DNA of 64,000 nucleotides from an uncultured Gemmatimonadales bacterium (GTDB lineage Bacteria; Gemmatimonadota; Gemmatimonadetes; Longimicrobiales; Longimicrobiaceae): NCBI GenBank assembly GCA_963716255.1, contig OY970303.1, positions 2,784,001 to 2,848,000 of the forward strand, read 5' to 3'. Shown piece by piece: positions 61,372 to 64,000 of this stretch (position 1 is its first letter; each line of letters starts with the position of its first letter). The notes under the pieces were generated by a model. It saw only the letters and a program-made list of their open reading frames with translations, ran no database searches and was not told where the DNA came from. The position numbers and the translations under genes were made by a program.

Positions 61372-62564
61372 GTGGATCACCCCGGCTGAGGTGATGGGTA
61401 TCGGGAGGAGAACTTCTCCCGAGCCTTGGCGGTTGTGAAACGCCACTGAATCGTGGCCTTGCTGCCGTTGCGGTCGCGGCACCAGACGGCGGTTTCACGC
61501 TGCACGACTTCCATGCTGGGCAGGCGCCGGTCCAAGCATTGAGTGCCGAGCACGGAGAACTCCACCTCGGCCATGTTCAACCAGCTTGCATGCTTGGGCG
61601 TGTGGTGCAACTCCAGGCGCTTTGCGATCCGGCTTGCTTCCTCGGGCGCGAACGCCTGGTAGAGCGAGGCCGGCGTGTGCGTGTTCAGGTTGTCCAGCAC
61701 CACGCGGACCTTCTCCGCCTCCGGAAAATGCACGTCCACCAGATCCCGCATGCAGTGGGCGAAGTCGATCGCGGTGCGCCGCTGCGTGACCTTGACCTCT
61801 CGCCAGGCGGTGTCGGGGCTGAAGAAGAGGAAGAGGTTGCACGTGCCTTCGCGCCGGTACTCGTAGTCGAACCGCTCGGCCTGCCCCGGTCGCGCCGGCA
61901 GCGGCATGCGCACCTCGGACAGAAGTTGCAGAGGCATCTCGTCAAAGGCCACACGCGGCCGCTTCGGGTCGTTCGGCTCTGCATACAGGTCGAGCACGTC
62001 CTCCATCCGCCAGACGAATTCGGCCGTGATCTCCGGGATCAGCCACTGCTGGCGCTGCCACGGCTTCGTCTTGCTTTTTTGAGCGTGCGGCGCACCGTCT
62101 CATCCGAGATCGAGTCCACCGCCCCCAGTTCCACCAGCCGGTCCGCGAGCATCTGCATGCTCCAGCGGGCGCGCCCACCAGGCACGTCGCTGCAGGCCAG
62201 CGCCAGGAGCAGGGCCTCCGCTTTGCCTGTCAGCTTCGGCGGCATCGGCGGGCGGGGTTTCTCTGAGAGAGCCGCCTCCAGCCCTTCTTCCACGAAGCGC
62301 TTGCGGATGCGCTCCACCGTAGCGACCCCGACGCCCACGCCCGCGACGATCTGCTCGTCCGTGGCACCCTCGTCGGAGCGCAGCACCACCAGAGCGCGTT
62401 TGATCCGCCGCGCGCTTGCCTTCCCCTTGCGCGTGAGCACAAGCAGATCGCTGCGCTCCTGCTCCGTCAGCTTCACCTTGTACCGCTTCGTCATCCTTCG
62501 GCTCCTGTACAACTGCGTACCCAAAGCCGAAGGATACCCCATCAACTCACTCGTGGTGCCCCAC
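61372..62564 (-). mobile_element. IS630-family insertion sequence
   Basis: Flanked by duplicated TA within CTAG (61369-72, 62564-67); imperfect inverted ends TAGTGGATCACC / TAGTGGGGCACC. Confidence 0.92.
61377..62494 (-). CDS. IS630 transposase (HTH ORF + DDE ORF joined by a -1 frameshift)
   Basis: ORF A ...ISDETVRRTLKK; A6 run at 62075-80; -1 frame KPWQRQQWLIP...AFDE...VVLDNLNTH...TPKHASWLNMAE. Confidence 0.9.
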
Positions 62565-64000
62565 TAGTGCGCGAGTGGAGGAGCCTCGCCGCCGCCGACG
62601 TGGTCCGTTGGCTCGACCGGCACGGAATGGACCCCCGCCTCGGTGGCAAGATCGTCGGCTACTACGGCTCGGAGGCGGTGGCGAAGCTGAGCGCCGACCC
62701 CTACCGGCTGCTTGCCTTCGACCCTCGCTGGAAGCGGGTGGACCGCCTCGCGCGCACCGTCTTCGGGGTCGGCGAGGACGATCCTCGGCGGCTGCACGCC
62801 GCCGCGGCCGAGGCACTCTACCGCGAGCTCGACCGCCAGAACACCGCGGCGGATGCGGCCACACTGCTCGCTGCGGTGGAGCGCCTGCTCGGCAGCGGCC
62901 ATCTCGCGCGGCGTGCGCTGAACGAGACGTACGCCGACGGGGGCTTCGTCGAGAGCGGCGGAATGTACCAGGCCCGCGGCGTGTACCTGATGGAGCGCTT
63001 CATCGCCGCCTTCGTGGCCGACCGTGCGGCCGGTCGCGCGCAGCTCGACCTGCTCCGCCAGGAGGCGGCCGTCGGGCAGGTGATCGGCGCGTTCGAGCGG
63101 GAGGAACACGGCCTCGGGGACGAGCAGCGGCGGGCGGTCCGTCTCGCGCTGGCGTCCCGCTTTGCGGTCATCACCGGCGGCGCCGGCGTGGGCAAGACGA
63201 GCGTGCTGAAGGCGGTGCACCGGTGCGCCGAGGCGGCCAAGGGACGCGTGCTCCAGATGGCGCTCTCCGGACGCGCGGCCAAGCGCCTGAGCGAGGCGAC
63301 CGGCCGGCCCGCCATGACGATCGCCGGCTTCCTCCAGAACACCACCTCGTGCGACCTCGCCGGGTACAGTCACCTCGTGGTGGACGAGGCTTCCATGCTG
63401 GACGTGCTCCACGCGTTCCGCATCTTCCGCCGTGTCCCCGCCTCCATGGACGTGGTCCTGGTCGGGGACGCGTTCCAGCTCCCTCCCATCGGGCCGGGGC
63501 TGGTCTTCCACCTGATCTGCGAGGAGGACCTCCCGGTCGCGCGCCTCACGAAAGTCTACCGGCAGACGGGTGAGACCGGGATCCCGGAGGTGTCGAAGCG
63601 CGTCCGGGACGGCGAATGGCCGGGCCTGCCGCCATACGGCGGGCGAGCTCCCGGGGTCTGCTTCGTTCCAACTGGCGCGGGTGAGATGGCGGAGGCGGTC
63701 CTGCGGATCTACGACGACCTGGGCGGCCCGGATCCACAGAGCGACGTCCAGGTGCTCTGCGCGACCCGGGCGGAGCGGCCCTGGGGCACGGCCGGGATCA
63801 ACACTCTCCTGCACGGCCGGTATGCCGCCGGCGGCGCCGAGCTCGTCGCCCTGGACGATGCCGGCGGTGTCGCTCCGACGGGCATCGCCGTGGGCGACCC
63901 GGTTCTCTTCACCCGAAACGACTGGGACCGCCAGGTCTTCAACGGCTCGCTCGGGCGCGTGCTGGAGGTTGCCCCACCGGCGGCGGTCCTCGACCGCGGC

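Larger units (their letters stand above)
55127..64000 (+). mobile_element. Integrated element with two large tyrosine recombinases, two small accessory genes and a RecD-like helicase; right end outside the window
   Basis: Sharp junction inside a host CDS, lower GC, co-oriented tightly coupled genes. Confidence 0.8.
60937..64000 (+). pseudogene. RecD2-like SF1 helicase interrupted by IS630 (continues past the window end)
   Basis: N-part GIGPVLAKQLW..FG; after the IS: DPYRL, ITGGAGVGKT, ALSGRAAKRL, VVDEASM, LVGDAFQLPPIGPG, LTKVYRQ; joins in frame if the IS is removed. Confidence 0.9.

Noticed and set aside
62564..63814. 416-aa minus-strand ORF
   Set aside because: Antisense shadow of the RecD-like helicase frame, which the ORF track missed because it lacks a stop in the window

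Overview
High-GC bacterial chromosomal DNA. It is probably Gemmatimonadota/Longimicrobium-like, which is an inference from the PadR-ADOP permease pair, the many secreted peptidases and the repeat style. Most of 1-55 kb is accessory or housekeeping: ABC-F, L,D-transpeptidase, GT4-YdcF, an M16 pair, SNF2 (carrying a class-3-type homing intein) with SWIM, M1/M20/M23/M90/S45/GGT hydrolases, a Ser/Thr kinase and an MCP with an orphan binding protein. It also holds lower-GC islets (Fic; PIN plus a small gene), a CNF1-like putative deamidase, a catalytically dead HNH-AP2 gene and a c-di-GMP-I riboswitch. Seven copies of a ~135-nt intergenic repeat show clear compensatory base changes, and six sit just downstream of stop codons in a fixed orientation. 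From ~55127 to the window end an unusual integrated element truncates an M14 peptidase gene. It encodes two very large tyrosine-recombinase-family proteins (one atypical, one canonical with embedded HTH/Xis-like domains), two small coiled-coil proteins and a RecD2-like helicase split in frame by an IS630 element. No tRNA, rRNA or CRISPR array was seen.
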